Positions 1-9,126 of a DNA stretch of 64,000 nt are shown in pieces. The position numbers and the translations under genes are program-made. Position 1 is the stretch's first letter. Every line of letters starts with the position of its first letter. The notes beneath the pieces are model-generated. The model was not told the DNA's origin, ran no database searches, and saw nothing but the letters and a program-made list of their open reading frames with translations. This DNA comes from Candidatus Jorgensenbacteria bacterium (GTDB lineage: Bacteria > Patescibacteriota > Minisyncoccia > UBA6257 > GWB1-50-10), in assembly GCA_043797305.1 (NCBI GenBank), contig JAZDPW010000024.1:16650-80649 (forward strand), read 5' to 3'.

Positions 1-837
1 CTCGTCAGTAACGAGGGACGGCTCGTCAATAATAACATCAAATGTAAATCCTTTGGGCAATAATTGCTGTATGCTTTTTTTAATAGACTTCGCTTCTTCC
101 GGGATAAAGCGAATATCAAGCCAAACGGTACAGTCGTCAGGAATTTTGTTGAGTGTTTTATTGGTAGTATCGATCCCGTTCACGCTCACTGTCGTTGCCC
201 AAACTTCATGATCAGGAACCGGATATTTCTTCCGTAAAATGTTGAGAAATTCGTTTATCTTCCAGATCGCGTTGTTTCCCTCCCAAGGATACGCGCCGTG
301 TGACGATTTTCCTTTGGCACGAATTTTTACCTGCAAAACTCCTTTTATCTTTCGTACAATGTCGAAATTAGTCGGTTCGCCGGCAACAACAAACTCCGCT
401 CTTACTCCTTTCTCAATTTGGTATTTCGCACCGTTAAATCCCCCGATTTCCTCGTCGGTAACCAGCTGCAGCCCAAGAGGATAAGAAACTTTTCCGGCTA
501 CCTCTTTGAAAGTCGCAATAAGACAAGCGGTATTCGCTTTCATGTCCATAGACCCGACACCATAAAGTTTGTCTCTCTCTACTTTCGGAACATATTGATT
601 CTTTTTCCCCGGGATAACGTCCAAATGGCCGGTCAAAATTATTTTAAATTTCCGGGGTCTCTTTTTTGCGTTAAAAATCAACGCACTCTTAATGCCGTTG
701 CGTTCAAACCGTTCTATTGCATACCCCTTCATACTCGACAAGGCTAATCTTAAAACCTTGTCTAACGCTTTCGCATTGCCTGCAATGGACTTTATAGAAA
801 TAAACTTTTTTGTAAGAGATACAATATCCCGTGGCAT
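1..837 (-). CDS. M20 family metallopeptidase (ArgE/DapE/LysK-like); 3' end cut by the window edge
   Basis: Hand translation of the minus strand from ATG at 837: MPRDIVSLTKKFISIKS...ILTGHLDVIPG...LYGVGSMDMKANTACL...LVTDEEIGGF. Clear paralog of the intact 363-aa M20 peptidase at 61168..62259. Absent from the ORF track because it runs off the edge; the plus-strand ORFs 239..484 and 418..747 are its antisense shadows. Confidence 0.75.
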   Translation of the reverse strand, partial: MPRDIVSLTKKFISIKSIAGNAKALDKVLRLALSSMKGYAIERFERNGIKSALIFNAKKRPRKFKIILTGHLDVIPGKKNQYVPKVERDKLYGVGSMDMKANTACLIATFKEVAGKVSYPLGLQLVTDEEIGGFNGAKYQIEKGVRAEFVVAGEPTNFDIVRKIKGVLQVKIRAKGKSSHGAYPWEGNNAIWKINEFLNILRKKYPVPDHEVWATTVSVNGIDTTNKTLNKIPDDCTVWLDIRFIPEEAKSIKKSIQQLLPKGFTFDVIIDEPSLVTDE

Positions 838-895
838 AAATTGAAAAAGCTAGCCGTGCGTTTGCGTAATTATAACGCAAACGCACGGCTTTTGC

Positions 896-2191
896 TTAAC
901 ACACAATCTCGGCATAGACCGCCGAAGAGTTTCCGTGGATTCGGCCCTTACGCACCTCTTCGGTATCCGTCGGCATGAGATTCCGAACCCCTCCAAGAAA
1001 CTTAGGGCATCCATCTACCATACCGAAGAAAACCCGGTCAATGAACGTATAGACCTTTCCGTCGTCCGTGTTGGTGACAACAGGAGTAGTTATCTCCGGC
1101 TGAACGACGTAACTTCCCCGCTGACTAATGCCTCGCGCCAATGCCTTGCTCCCGTCGCGCATAATTCCGGCCGCATGGCCGTAGCACCCGTAAGTACCCT
1201 TAGCGGGCTTGCATCGGAGCATCGCTGCCTTGGGTTTGGTATACCCCTGCTCCCGAAGAAATGCCTCGAACTCCGGGGAGCGGAGTTCCGCCATATCCTT
1301 GATCGGGAATGCCATACCCATCGGTGACATGTATTCCTTGGTGTCATTGATCCGGCGCGAATCGCCTACAGGCCAATCCGGATTATCTATGCTGAAAGTC
1401 AGGGCATTCTCCTTGATAAGCCGACGCATCTCGCTGTCGCTAAGTAGTGGGTGCGTTACCAAGAAGCTCGGGTACTGGAGTTTAATCACCGGATCCGAAG
1501 CCCTAACGTACAGTAGGTACTCGCACTTGCCTCCGTTAGAGGTGAGGTAACAACTAAACTCGTGAGGATCGAAAAAGTGGTCAAATCCAGACAACTCTCT
1601 CACCTCCGCGTCGGTTAGACGCGCGCTACCGTGCCTGCCGAATTCAGACTCCAACATAATTCTGTACTTCGGTTCGGTCACCGCCAGAAGCGCGATAGGT
1701 TTGCCGAATTGTCTTCGGATATCATCCAAGAGCACCAAGAACCGCGTCTTGAAGAAGGAATCCCGCCCGTCCTGCGGAAACAGATTCTCCAAAAGCTGAT
1801 ACATAGCGATGGAGTTTTCGATCTCGAAAACTCCCTTCCGCAGAATCTCGCGGACTGTTTCCTCGGGCATATCGCCTACCTCTTCCAAAAACGTCTCGGG
1901 CAACCCGACCATATCGACTTGGACACACCAGTTGATCGGGCTATCGCCCAAACAGTACTGATAGTCAGTGTCCCACTCGCGGTTTGCCGCCACCAAAGGA
2001 GCAAAGACCCGGTTGTACTCACTGTACAAGTTCCCCATAGCTTCAACCACCACTTCAGGGTACTTGGTCACGTAACCGGGTAGCGTTTGGAACGGCCCCA
2101 ACAAGGATTTGATATCTGTACGGACTACCACACCACCCAACGAGGCGAACGCCGGCTCATTCGCGTGCCGGTCAAGAAGCGACCTAGTCAT
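896..2191 (-). CDS. conserved hypothetical protein, putative ATP-grasp-type amide ligase; paralog of 62379..63779
   Basis: 431-aa ORF. Motifs resemble the ATP-grasp B-loop (LRCKPAKGTYGCYGH, cf. KPxxGxxGxG) and an SYVVQPEI segment. Roughly half of positions are shared by eye with the 466-aa ORF at the other end of the window. It lies immediately upstream of an M20 peptidase, as does its paralog. Confidence 0.45.
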   Translation of the reverse strand: MTRSLLDRHANEPAFASLGGVVVRTDIKSLLGPFQTLPGYVTKYPEVVVEAMGNLYSEYNRVFAPLVAANREWDTDYQYCLGDSPINWCVQVDMVGLPETFLEEVGDMPEETVREILRKGVFEIENSIAMYQLLENLFPQDGRDSFFKTRFLVLLDDIRRQFGKPIALLAVTEPKYRIMLESEFGRHGSARLTDAEVRELSGFDHFFDPHEFSCYLTSNGGKCEYLLYVRASDPVIKLQYPSFLVTHPLLSDSEMRRLIKENALTFSIDNPDWPVGDSRRINDTKEYMSPMGMAFPIKDMAELRSPEFEAFLREQGYTKPKAAMLRCKPAKGTYGCYGHAAGIMRDGSKALARGISQRGSYVVQPEITTPVVTNTDDGKVYTFIDRVFFGMVDGCPKFLGGVRNLMPTDTEEVRKGRIHGNSSAVYAEIVC

Positions 2192-2431
2192 TTTGTCTTC
2201 TCCTATGCGTAAATTGTATTGTCAAAGAACGTTTCCGTTTTAAAACAAATCGGCCGCTCAAGGAGCGGGCATTACTAAATTTCTAAAAATCGAACAAAAC
2301 TCGCTCCTCAAACGGGATACGAGTTCCACCAAACCGATGTTCTATATCGAATGTTCATCTGATTGAAGTATACCAAATACATATGCGTTGTCAATAACAG
2401 CAAAAAAACCTCTATTTCAAGGCTCTCGGAT

Positions 2432-2923
2432 TCAATTAAGGGTTAAATCCAATTTTTTCATTATAATACCGACTGTTTCTTCCGGTGTCTGGCCGGCGTT
2501 ATTAATAACCTCCCCAAAATCCGGAGTGGGTATTCCGATATCATAATGGTGTTTAATCCTGTCCTTTTCCCAATCGGTCGGCTTTCTCCGACCTTGTCCC
2601 GACATCACGGTTTCCATATCCGGAGCCAAGGTAAATACACGAATATCAACATGGCAATCTTTTAATCCTTTGTTCATAAAGTCGTAATTCTCCCGAGACA
2701 GCGGATACGGAACAATGCAGTGAATATTATTACTCACAAAATTCTTTATAACGGATAAAGCGTTTTCGAGGTTTAAAGGAACCGCCTCATCGATCGGCAT
2801 CCACTCTATCATTTCGTGAAAAACGTCTATTTCTATCAGAGCGGATTTTGGTATCTTCCCCGCAAGAATTTTTGCTACCGTGCTCTTGCCAGCGTTTATC
2901 GAACCGTTGATAAAAATAACCAT
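2432..2923 (-). CDS. P-loop kinase, chloramphenicol-phosphotransferase-like (AAA_33/zeta-toxin-like fold)
   Basis: N-terminal Walker A IFINGSINAGKST resembles the CPT-family ILNGGSSAGKS. About 160 aa, typical for this family. Confidence 0.5.
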   Translation of the reverse strand: MVIFINGSINAGKSTVAKILAGKIPKSALIEIDVFHEMIEWMPIDEAVPLNLENALSVIKNFVSNNIHCIVPYPLSRENYDFMNKGLKDCHVDIRVFTLAPDMETVMSGQGRRKPTDWEKDRIKHHYDIGIPTPDFGEVINNAGQTPEETVGIIMKKLDLTLN

Positions 2924-2929
2924 AATAAT

Positions 2930-3667
2930 TTATTCGTGCCGGCGGGCCGCTTCACGGTAAGAGCAATATTCGCAGTTCGGAGAAAGCGCCGGCAAGTCGC
3001 CGGACATGCATTTGTGGGCATCAACGACAGCTCTCTCAACCCAGGCGTCGCTCCCGGTATAAGAGATGATTTCCACCTTGAATTCCAGCTTGCCGTCGAA
3101 AGCTTTTTTGTCCTTGTCGCCGTTTGCGTAAACGAAGTAGCCGGTGTCCGAAACCTTGAATCCGTTCTGGCGCAGGAGCCAGGTATAGATTTCCATCTGC
3201 CGTTTGTAGGATTGACGGTATTCGGCATCGAGGGTTATCTTGGCGTTCGTGCTCGTCGCCTTGTAATCGACGACGATAAGTTCCTTCGCTTCGTTAATCC
3301 AGACATCATCAACCGCGCCGGTGATAAAAAGATTAGTCGGGCGATGCAAAAATCCCACACCCTTGAAGTTTTCCCGCCACTCGTCGATGTTATCGTGGGC
3401 GAAAGGAACGGCTTCCACGCCGTACGCTTTCATCAAAGGGTGAACCGAGCCCGCCGCCCGGTGAATGTCGAACTCTTTTTTCAGCAAGTAGTCCACGGCG
3501 GAATTCAGGGTGAAAGGAAAACCGGGCGGGCGGCCGACGCCCAAGCGGCGGTCAAGATAAAAACAGCGGGGGCACTCCAAAAAAAGTTCTATCTTGCTCC
3601 GCGACAGGCGAAAAGGCTCCGGCGAACCGGGATCGAAAATATTTCTGCTTCGGGTGCCGTTTGCCAT
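2930..3667 (-). CDS. PD-(D/E)XK nuclease, Cas4/RecB-like, with a 4-Cys cluster (orphan, no CRISPR nearby)
   Basis: Motifs AVDDV...EAKELIVVDYK (D/E-x-K core), an N-terminal CPRC and a C-terminal C-x13-CEYC, as in Cas4/AddB Fe-S nuclease domains. Start taken at MANGTRS (ATG at 3667); the ORF-track start at 3739 adds an unlikely leader. Confidence 0.55.
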   Translation of the reverse strand: MANGTRSRNIFDPGSPEPFRLSRSKIELFLECPRCFYLDRRLGVGRPPGFPFTLNSAVDYLLKKEFDIHRAAGSVHPLMKAYGVEAVPFAHDNIDEWRENFKGVGFLHRPTNLFITGAVDDVWINEAKELIVVDYKATSTNAKITLDAEYRQSYKRQMEIYTWLLRQNGFKVSDTGYFVYANGDKDKKAFDGKLEFKVEIISYTGSDAWVERAVVDAHKCMSGDLPALSPNCEYCSYREAARRHE

Positions 3668-4054
3668 GCATTTTAACCGGCAAAAGCGGCGCCGACTCCC
3701 ATGATGAAAATAATCAATCCGAAGAGAAAGAAAAACCAAAATTCGCCTTTCATATAGAAAGAGGATAACACAAGAAATAAAGTTTTCAACCCGGTAGTGA
3801 AAATTGGATTGCTCCGCTACGCGGAGAAGTCCAGAGGAAATCCAATTTCTACTACCGGGTCAATCCCCCGTCTACTTCCTGTTTATCTTTTGCCAAAGAT
3901 AAATGGCAAGAAAAACGCCGACAACAAGCCAGACAATCCAGGAGAGCGTAAAAAGCAGGCCGAAACCGCCGCCCCAGTTCATCATTCCGCCGTCAAATCC
4001 GTAACCCATCATATCGCGTGTATTTCAAAGTTTGATTTTTCGACCTTGCACATA

Positions 4055-6067
4055 TTACAGCTTTCTTTTTTTGAGAAAAACGGCGTTTACCGCGACAATC
4101 ACGGTGCTCATCGACATCAAAAATCCCGCAAGAGCCGGCTCGAGGAAAATACCTTTGAAAGCCAGCGCGCCCGCGGCAAGAGGAATCGCGACCACATTGT
4201 AACCGGTCGCCCAAAAAAGGTTTTGAATCATTTTATTGTAGGTAAGGCGGGATAATTTGATGATTTTGGGAATGTCGCGCGGGTCGTTTTTGACGAGAAT
4301 GATGCCGGCCGACTCGATGGCGACGTTGGTGCCGGCACCGATTGCGATTCCCACGTCGGCTTGGGTCAGGGCCGGCGCGTCGTTTATGCCATCCCCGACC
4401 ATCATCACCTTCCCGCCCTCCGACTGGAGATATTTCACTTTTTCCAGCTTCTCGCCGGGCAAAACCCGCGCGAAATATTCGTCAATTCCCAATTCCGCAG
4501 AAACTTCACGGGCTACGTCTTCCGAATCACCCGTTATCATGGCGACTTTAATCCCCAATTTCTTCAAGGCGGTTACGGCCTCTTTTGCCTCCGGCCGCAC
4601 AACGTCGGCTACCAAGATACTGCCGATTTTTCGTCCGTCCGCTTCCACTTGAATGTCCGCTCCGCCCCGGTGGCCGACGAAAACTTTTTGCCCTTCCACC
4701 TCCGCTTCTCCCCCGACGCCTGCGATGCGCCGGTAGTTTTTCGCATCCGGCACGACAAGTCCGCGAGCCCGCGCCTCCCGAACTATTGCTCTGGCGATAG
4801 GGTGCTCCGAATGGACATCCACGGCGGCGGCGAGAACAAGCGTTTCCTCGGAGCTTACCCGGGTAATTCCAAATTCCCCTTTGGTCAAAGTACCGGTCTT
4901 GTCGAAAAGAACAAGCGTCACATTCCGAGCTGCCTCAAGCGCCAAACGTCTTTTTACCAAAAACCCATTCTCGGCCGCCTTAGTAGTCGAGATTGAAGCG
5001 ACAAGAGGAATAGCAAGCCCCAGGGCGTGAGGACAAGCGACGACGAGAACCGCGACCATCCGGCTTACGGCAAAAGCCGGGTCGGATAAAGTAAGCCAGG
5101 TAATCAAGGTGATACCGCCCACCACAACGGCGATGATGGTAAGGTAATAAGCCGCCCTGTCGGAGAGTACCTGCAGGCGCGACTTCGAAGCTTCGGCTTC
5201 GCGCACCAAGCGCATCACACCGGCCAAAAACGTATCGTCACCGATTTTCGTCACTTTGACCTTGAGTGAACCGTCGCCCAAAATTGTGCCGGCAATAACC
5301 GCATCACCCGCCTTTTTGCGCACCGGCTTGGATTCACCGGTAATGATCGATTCGTCGACATCCGATTCGCCGCTCAAGACCGCTCCGTCGGCGGGAATCT
5401 TCCCGCCGGGTTTTACGAGCATCACGTCGCCGATTTTCAGTTCCGAGAGCGGAATTATTTTCGTTCCGCTCCCTATAATTACTTCCGCGGTATCCGGCAA
5501 AAGCTTCGAAAGCTCCTTTAGGGCGCCTTTTGCGCCCGTTACCGCCCGCATTTCCATCCAATGGCCCAAGAGCATCACCGTAATAAGAGTGGCAAGCTCC
5601 CAATAAAGCGGCTCGCCGCCGCCCAAAAAAGTAACGGCGACACTGTAGAGGTAAGCGGTGGAAATCGCAAGGGCGATCAATGTCATCATCCCCGGCAGCT
5701 TGGCCTTAAGTTCCCGATAGGCCGAGGTAATGAAAATCAATCCGCCGTAGAAAAAGATGACGGACGAAAGAACGAACGACAGATACTCCGAGCCCGGAAA
5801 CTTCGGCGCTTCGTATCTCAAGAGCGACTGGACGATGTCGGAATAAGCGACGACGGGCAGGGACAAAACCAAACTCACCCAAAATCTGGTTTTGAAAATA
5901 TTGGTCGAGTGCCCCTCTCTCCCGTGATTATGGCCGTGACGCTCACGAGAAACTTTCTTTTTCTCGGGGATCAGATTCATACCGCACTCCGGACAGAGCC
6001 CGGGCGCGTCCATTACCACCTTCGGGTGCATGGGACATGTGTATTTTTCCTCTTTCATACCCCGCAA
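4055..6067 (-). CDS. copB: heavy-metal translocating P1B-type ATPase, CopB-like (CPH motif)
   Basis: DKTGTLT phosphorylation motif, TGES, GDGINDAPAL hinge, and transmembrane CPH (ACPHALG). N-terminal CPMHP...CPECGM metal-binding motif. 670 aa. Confidence 0.85.
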   Translation of the reverse strand: MRGMKEEKYTCPMHPKVVMDAPGLCPECGMNLIPEKKKVSRERHGHNHGREGHSTNIFKTRFWVSLVLSLPVVAYSDIVQSLLRYEAPKFPGSEYLSFVLSSVIFFYGGLIFITSAYRELKAKLPGMMTLIALAISTAYLYSVAVTFLGGGEPLYWELATLITVMLLGHWMEMRAVTGAKGALKELSKLLPDTAEVIIGSGTKIIPLSELKIGDVMLVKPGGKIPADGAVLSGESDVDESIITGESKPVRKKAGDAVIAGTILGDGSLKVKVTKIGDDTFLAGVMRLVREAEASKSRLQVLSDRAAYYLTIIAVVVGGITLITWLTLSDPAFAVSRMVAVLVVACPHALGLAIPLVASISTTKAAENGFLVKRRLALEAARNVTLVLFDKTGTLTKGEFGITRVSSEETLVLAAAVDVHSEHPIARAIVREARARGLVVPDAKNYRRIAGVGGEAEVEGQKVFVGHRGGADIQVEADGRKIGSILVADVVRPEAKEAVTALKKLGIKVAMITGDSEDVAREVSAELGIDEYFARVLPGEKLEKVKYLQSEGGKVMMVGDGINDAPALTQADVGIAIGAGTNVAIESAGIILVKNDPRDIPKIIKLSRLTYNKMIQNLFWATGYNVVAIPLAAGALAFKGIFLEPALAGFLMSMSTVIVAVNAVFLKKRKL

Positions 6068-6888
6068 CTGCCGCCGCCTGCGCCTTCCGGCGGATTAAAT
6101 TCGGCGAGAATTCGGTTGAAACCCGAGTAACTCGAAAAATCGGGTCCTAAAATTTCTTTCGGGTCCGCCGTCGCCAAGCTCCGGCCCTTTGATTCGAGAT
6201 AATCGGCGATAACGCGGTAAGTGTCCGGAAACCATGAAGAATTCACCTGAAGCGCCGCCCGGTACATTTCTTCTTCGCTCGCCCCCTCCGCGGCCATAAG
6301 CTCCAGGAGCCCCAGCATCGCCATCCCGTGATTACAATCGGGGAAGTAAGTTGAATTGCCGCAACAAGGCCGATAAATATTCTTTGAGACGCGTAGAACG
6401 AGTTCCTGCTGTTCCTTGGTTAAAACAACAAATTCGTGGCGCGAGTAATGCTCCATCGCGTCACCGCGCGAGAACGTCCAGCCGCCGGTTGAAGCGAAAT
6501 TGCCCGCTCCGCCATAGCGGGGGTCGGCCATCGGTCCCTCCTCAAGAATCGGATTTTTGTTGGCGAGACCAAAAGCCCATAAGAGGTTCAAAACCTCACC
6601 CGAATTCTCGGGCGTCATCACCAAATTGCCGCCTTTCGCAAAGAGATTGCTTGTTTCTTCGCTCGTTCCTCCGCGATTGGAATAAAGCGCCTGGAATTTT
6701 TCTCCGTCAATTACTCCTGTTTTAACGAGCCTGTCACTCAAATCGCCCCACTTTACGGGCAAAACGAACCCGCCGGAAGGCGGAACCGCTTCGGTTTCCC
6801 TTTCATCCAAGCCATTCCGGTAAAAAAACGAAATGGCAATCAAAGAAATGGAAATTAAAATACTTATCGGAATTAATTTTTTGTTCAT
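6055..6888 (-). CDS. membrane-anchored/secreted hypothetical protein with Cys/His cluster (CCGNSTYFPDCNHG), possible metal-binding
   Basis: N-terminal hydrophobic anchor (MNKKLIPISILISISLIAISFF). Overlaps the copB 3' end by 13 nt, so it is operonic. No recognisable catalytic motif. Confidence 0.4.
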   Translation of the reverse strand: MNKKLIPISILISISLIAISFFYRNGLDERETEAVPPSGGFVLPVKWGDLSDRLVKTGVIDGEKFQALYSNRGGTSEETSNLFAKGGNLVMTPENSGEVLNLLWAFGLANKNPILEEGPMADPRYGGAGNFASTGGWTFSRGDAMEHYSRHEFVVLTKEQQELVLRVSKNIYRPCCGNSTYFPDCNHGMAMLGLLELMAAEGASEEEMYRAALQVNSSWFPDTYRVIADYLESKGRSLATADPKEILGPDFSSYSGFNRILAEFNPPEGAGGGSCGV

Positions 6889-6905
6889 AGATATATTTAG
6901 GTATA

Positions 6906-7265
6906 TTAAGGAAGTAAACAACCGCTCTCCTGCGACAACCTTTGAAGACCCTGCTCGCCCTCAAAACGGCGGCCGTCTCCGAAAATCCAGGTCGGATAAC
7001 CCTCTATCCCCGCCGCGACGCATTTTTCAGTTTCCTCGGTGCATTCAACGTAGGGCACCAACCGGAACGAATCGCCGAATCTTTTCTTTTCGTTCTGGCA
7101 GTGCGGACACGAGTAAGCGCCGTACATAACCACTTTTTTCTCCGCAAGGCAGGCGGCAAAACCGTCGTAGGCGCCGCCCTCCGGCCCGCCCGGCGAGAGA
7201 AAAATTGCCACGCCCACGATGACAACGACAATAACCGCAAAAATCAAAACAAGTTTCTTTTCCAT
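6906..7265 (-). CDS. membrane-anchored thioredoxin-fold thiol:disulfide oxidoreductase (CPHC active site)
   Basis: N-terminal TM helix followed by AYSCPHCQNEKK (CxxC of the Trx/glutaredoxin fold). Start taken at MEKK. Confidence 0.6.
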   Translation of the reverse strand: MEKKLVLIFAVIVVVIVGVAIFLSPGGPEGGAYDGFAACLAEKKVVMYGAYSCPHCQNEKKRFGDSFRLVPYVECTEETEKCVAAGIEGYPTWIFGDGRRFEGEQGLQRLSQESGCLLP

Positions 7266-7270
7266 GTCGG

Positions 7271-7741
7271 TCAGCAGCAATTTTTCATTTCATCCTCCAG
7301 TTCGGCGATTTTCCGTTTATCCTGCGCCGGCGGCCTTTCTTTAAGGAAGGGCCTCACGAAGTAAAGATACATGACCGTCATAAGAACCGCCGCTTCAATA
7401 ACGAGAGTGAGCCAGCTCACGTTTGCGAGCGCGAAATAGACAAGAACGAAACCGGGCACGATGACCGCTGTCCTGAATTTCAGGAAATTTTCCGACGCGA
7501 TGTTCAGCCTTTTCTCGCCCTGATAAGCCATACCGACAACGGAGCCTCCCATGAGTACCGCGACCAACAGCCCGTAACTTACGACCGATAACCAACCTAG
7601 AAGAATCCCAACGAGCAACAGGAACCAGGTACCGGAAACGCCGGCGCAAATGGGACAAACTTTAAACGGCAGAAGCTTATTGACGGACCAAGTAATGAAC
7701 GTAATGACCAGGATTGAGATTGTAACGATTATTATTTCCAT
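7271..7741 (-). CDS. integral membrane protein with CxxC (VCPICAG) at a TM boundary, VKOR/DsbB-like candidate
   Basis: 4-5 predicted TM helices, CPIC motif and a C-terminal CC. Sits between the Trx-like gene and ccdA. Assignment by context and motif only. Confidence 0.3.
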   Translation of the reverse strand: MEIIIVTISILVITFITWSVNKLLPFKVCPICAGVSGTWFLLLVGILLGWLSVVSYGLLVAVLMGGSVVGMAYQGEKRLNIASENFLKFRTAVIVPGFVLVYFALANVSWLTLVIEAAVLMTVMYLYFVRPFLKERPPAQDKRKIAELEDEMKNCC

Positions 7742-7758
7742 ATTTTTATTTTAACAAT

Positions 7759-8541
7759 TTAGATGAGGAATATAAGAAATCCGAGAAGGATCATCGCGAT
7801 TCCCCCGCCGAGACGCATTTCTTTTCTTTCTTCCCTCTGCCAGTTCTGCACTTTTTCAAGCAACGCATCGTTCGAAGCAATAAGAAGGATGATGACAAGC
7901 GGCAGAATGAAAATCAGGTTGTAGAGGAGAAGATAACCCAGGCCCGCGGCATAAGTCGCCGAATCGTGAAGAAGTCCCAATACCATAAGATAAGGCCCGC
8001 CGGTGCAAGGAAACTCGCAGAGTCCCACGAGCGCCCCGAGAACGAAAGCGGTCGGCACTGAGGCCTTTTCCATCAGTTCGGCAATTTTGTGATGAACGGC
8101 ACCGGGAATCTTGAGCTTAATCGGAAACCGGGGAAAAAACTCGTTTATGATGTTTATCGCTCCCAGGACGATAAGAAGCACGGCGCCGACTTTAGCCATG
8201 AAGTTCGGCGTGTTGAAAAGGTGGAGCGCCCGCAAAATCCCCAGGCCAATCATGACGTAAACGACGAAGAGTCCGGCAACGTAAGCGCCGCCGATTTTCA
8301 GTATCCCCGAGCGCAATTTTCCGATGCTGAAGAGAAAAGCGATGGTGAGAATGAGAACCGAGAACGCGCAGGGATTTATGCTGTCGATTACGGCCGCGAC
8401 CGCAATAAGCGGCAGAAGCAATTTTCCGCCGTCGCTCACGCCCCACAAAAATTCCTGTCCCGTTCCGGTGAAACGGAAGAAAAGGAAAATCCCGAGGAAC
8501 AGAGCGGCGAGAACGATTGGAACGATTATTTTCTTTCTCAT
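7759..8541 (-). CDS. ccdA: cytochrome c-type biogenesis protein CcdA / DsbD transmembrane domain
   Basis: Polytopic membrane protein carrying the two conserved cysteines of the DsbD/CcdA family (DSINPCAFSVL and CEFPCTGGPYL). Confidence 0.75.
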   Translation of the reverse strand: MRKKIIVPIVLAALFLGIFLFFRFTGTGQEFLWGVSDGGKLLLPLIAVAAVIDSINPCAFSVLILTIAFLFSIGKLRSGILKIGGAYVAGLFVVYVMIGLGILRALHLFNTPNFMAKVGAVLLIVLGAINIINEFFPRFPIKLKIPGAVHHKIAELMEKASVPTAFVLGALVGLCEFPCTGGPYLMVLGLLHDSATYAAGLGYLLLYNLIFILPLVIILLIASNDALLEKVQNWQREERKEMRLGGGIAMILLGFLIFLI

Positions 8542-9047
8542 GGAGTTACGGTCGCTTTAATTCCGAGCACGACGATTAGGTTCCCCGACTCGTCTTCAAG
8601 ATAAATTTCCCTCTCTACAGGTCCCACGCCGGCCGGACCGTGGGCAGCCGGGTCAAAAACCACCGAAATAACGGTTTCTTCCCCGGGCTCTATAACGCTC
8701 TTCAACGGCGGCACGAACCCACCGTGCCCCGGCATTCCGAAGGGACCAATTCTCCCCCCGCCGTCTTTTAAGAAATAGGCGGCGGTACACATACAGGAAG
8801 TGTACATTCTCTCTATTTTTACGACCTCGCCGCTCCCGTTCCTGATTTTGAAGTCGTGACTGACGTCACCCGAGGCCATGCTGATTGTTCCGAAGTCGAA
8901 AGACCGTTCCTCGGACACGATTGCGGAGCTTATGTCGGCACGGAAGTTTCCGCCGACTTCCGGCGCCGGCTTGGTAAGGAGTATGAGGCCGAGGCTTCCC
9001 AGGATAACCACCGCGGCGATTATTAACGATTTATTTTTTGTATTCAT
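8538..9047 (-). CDS. DUF1573 domain protein (membrane-anchored, periplasmic)
   Basis: N-terminal anchor followed by a conserved SCMCT CxC motif in an approximately 100-aa beta-rich domain typical of DUF1573. Overlaps ccdA by 4 nt. Confidence 0.55.
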   Translation of the reverse strand: MNTKNKSLIIAAVVILGSLGLILLTKPAPEVGGNFRADISSAIVSEERSFDFGTISMASGDVSHDFKIRNGSGEVVKIERMYTSCMCTAAYFLKDGGGRIGPFGMPGHGGFVPPLKSVIEPGEETVISVVFDPAAHGPAGVGPVEREIYLEDESGNLIVVLGIKATVTP

Positions 9048-9126
9048 GATTTTTTACGGTTAAAAACAAAAGGCCCCAAAATTTGGGTCAAAAAACGCGC
9101 TAAAGCGAACTTTCGAGGGTTCGGCT

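Noticed and set aside
239-747. Plus-strand ORFs 239..484 and 418..747
   Set aside because: They are antisense to the M20 peptidase gene (1..837, minus). That gene translates cleanly with all family motifs, and the plus ORFs have no motifs or translation signals.
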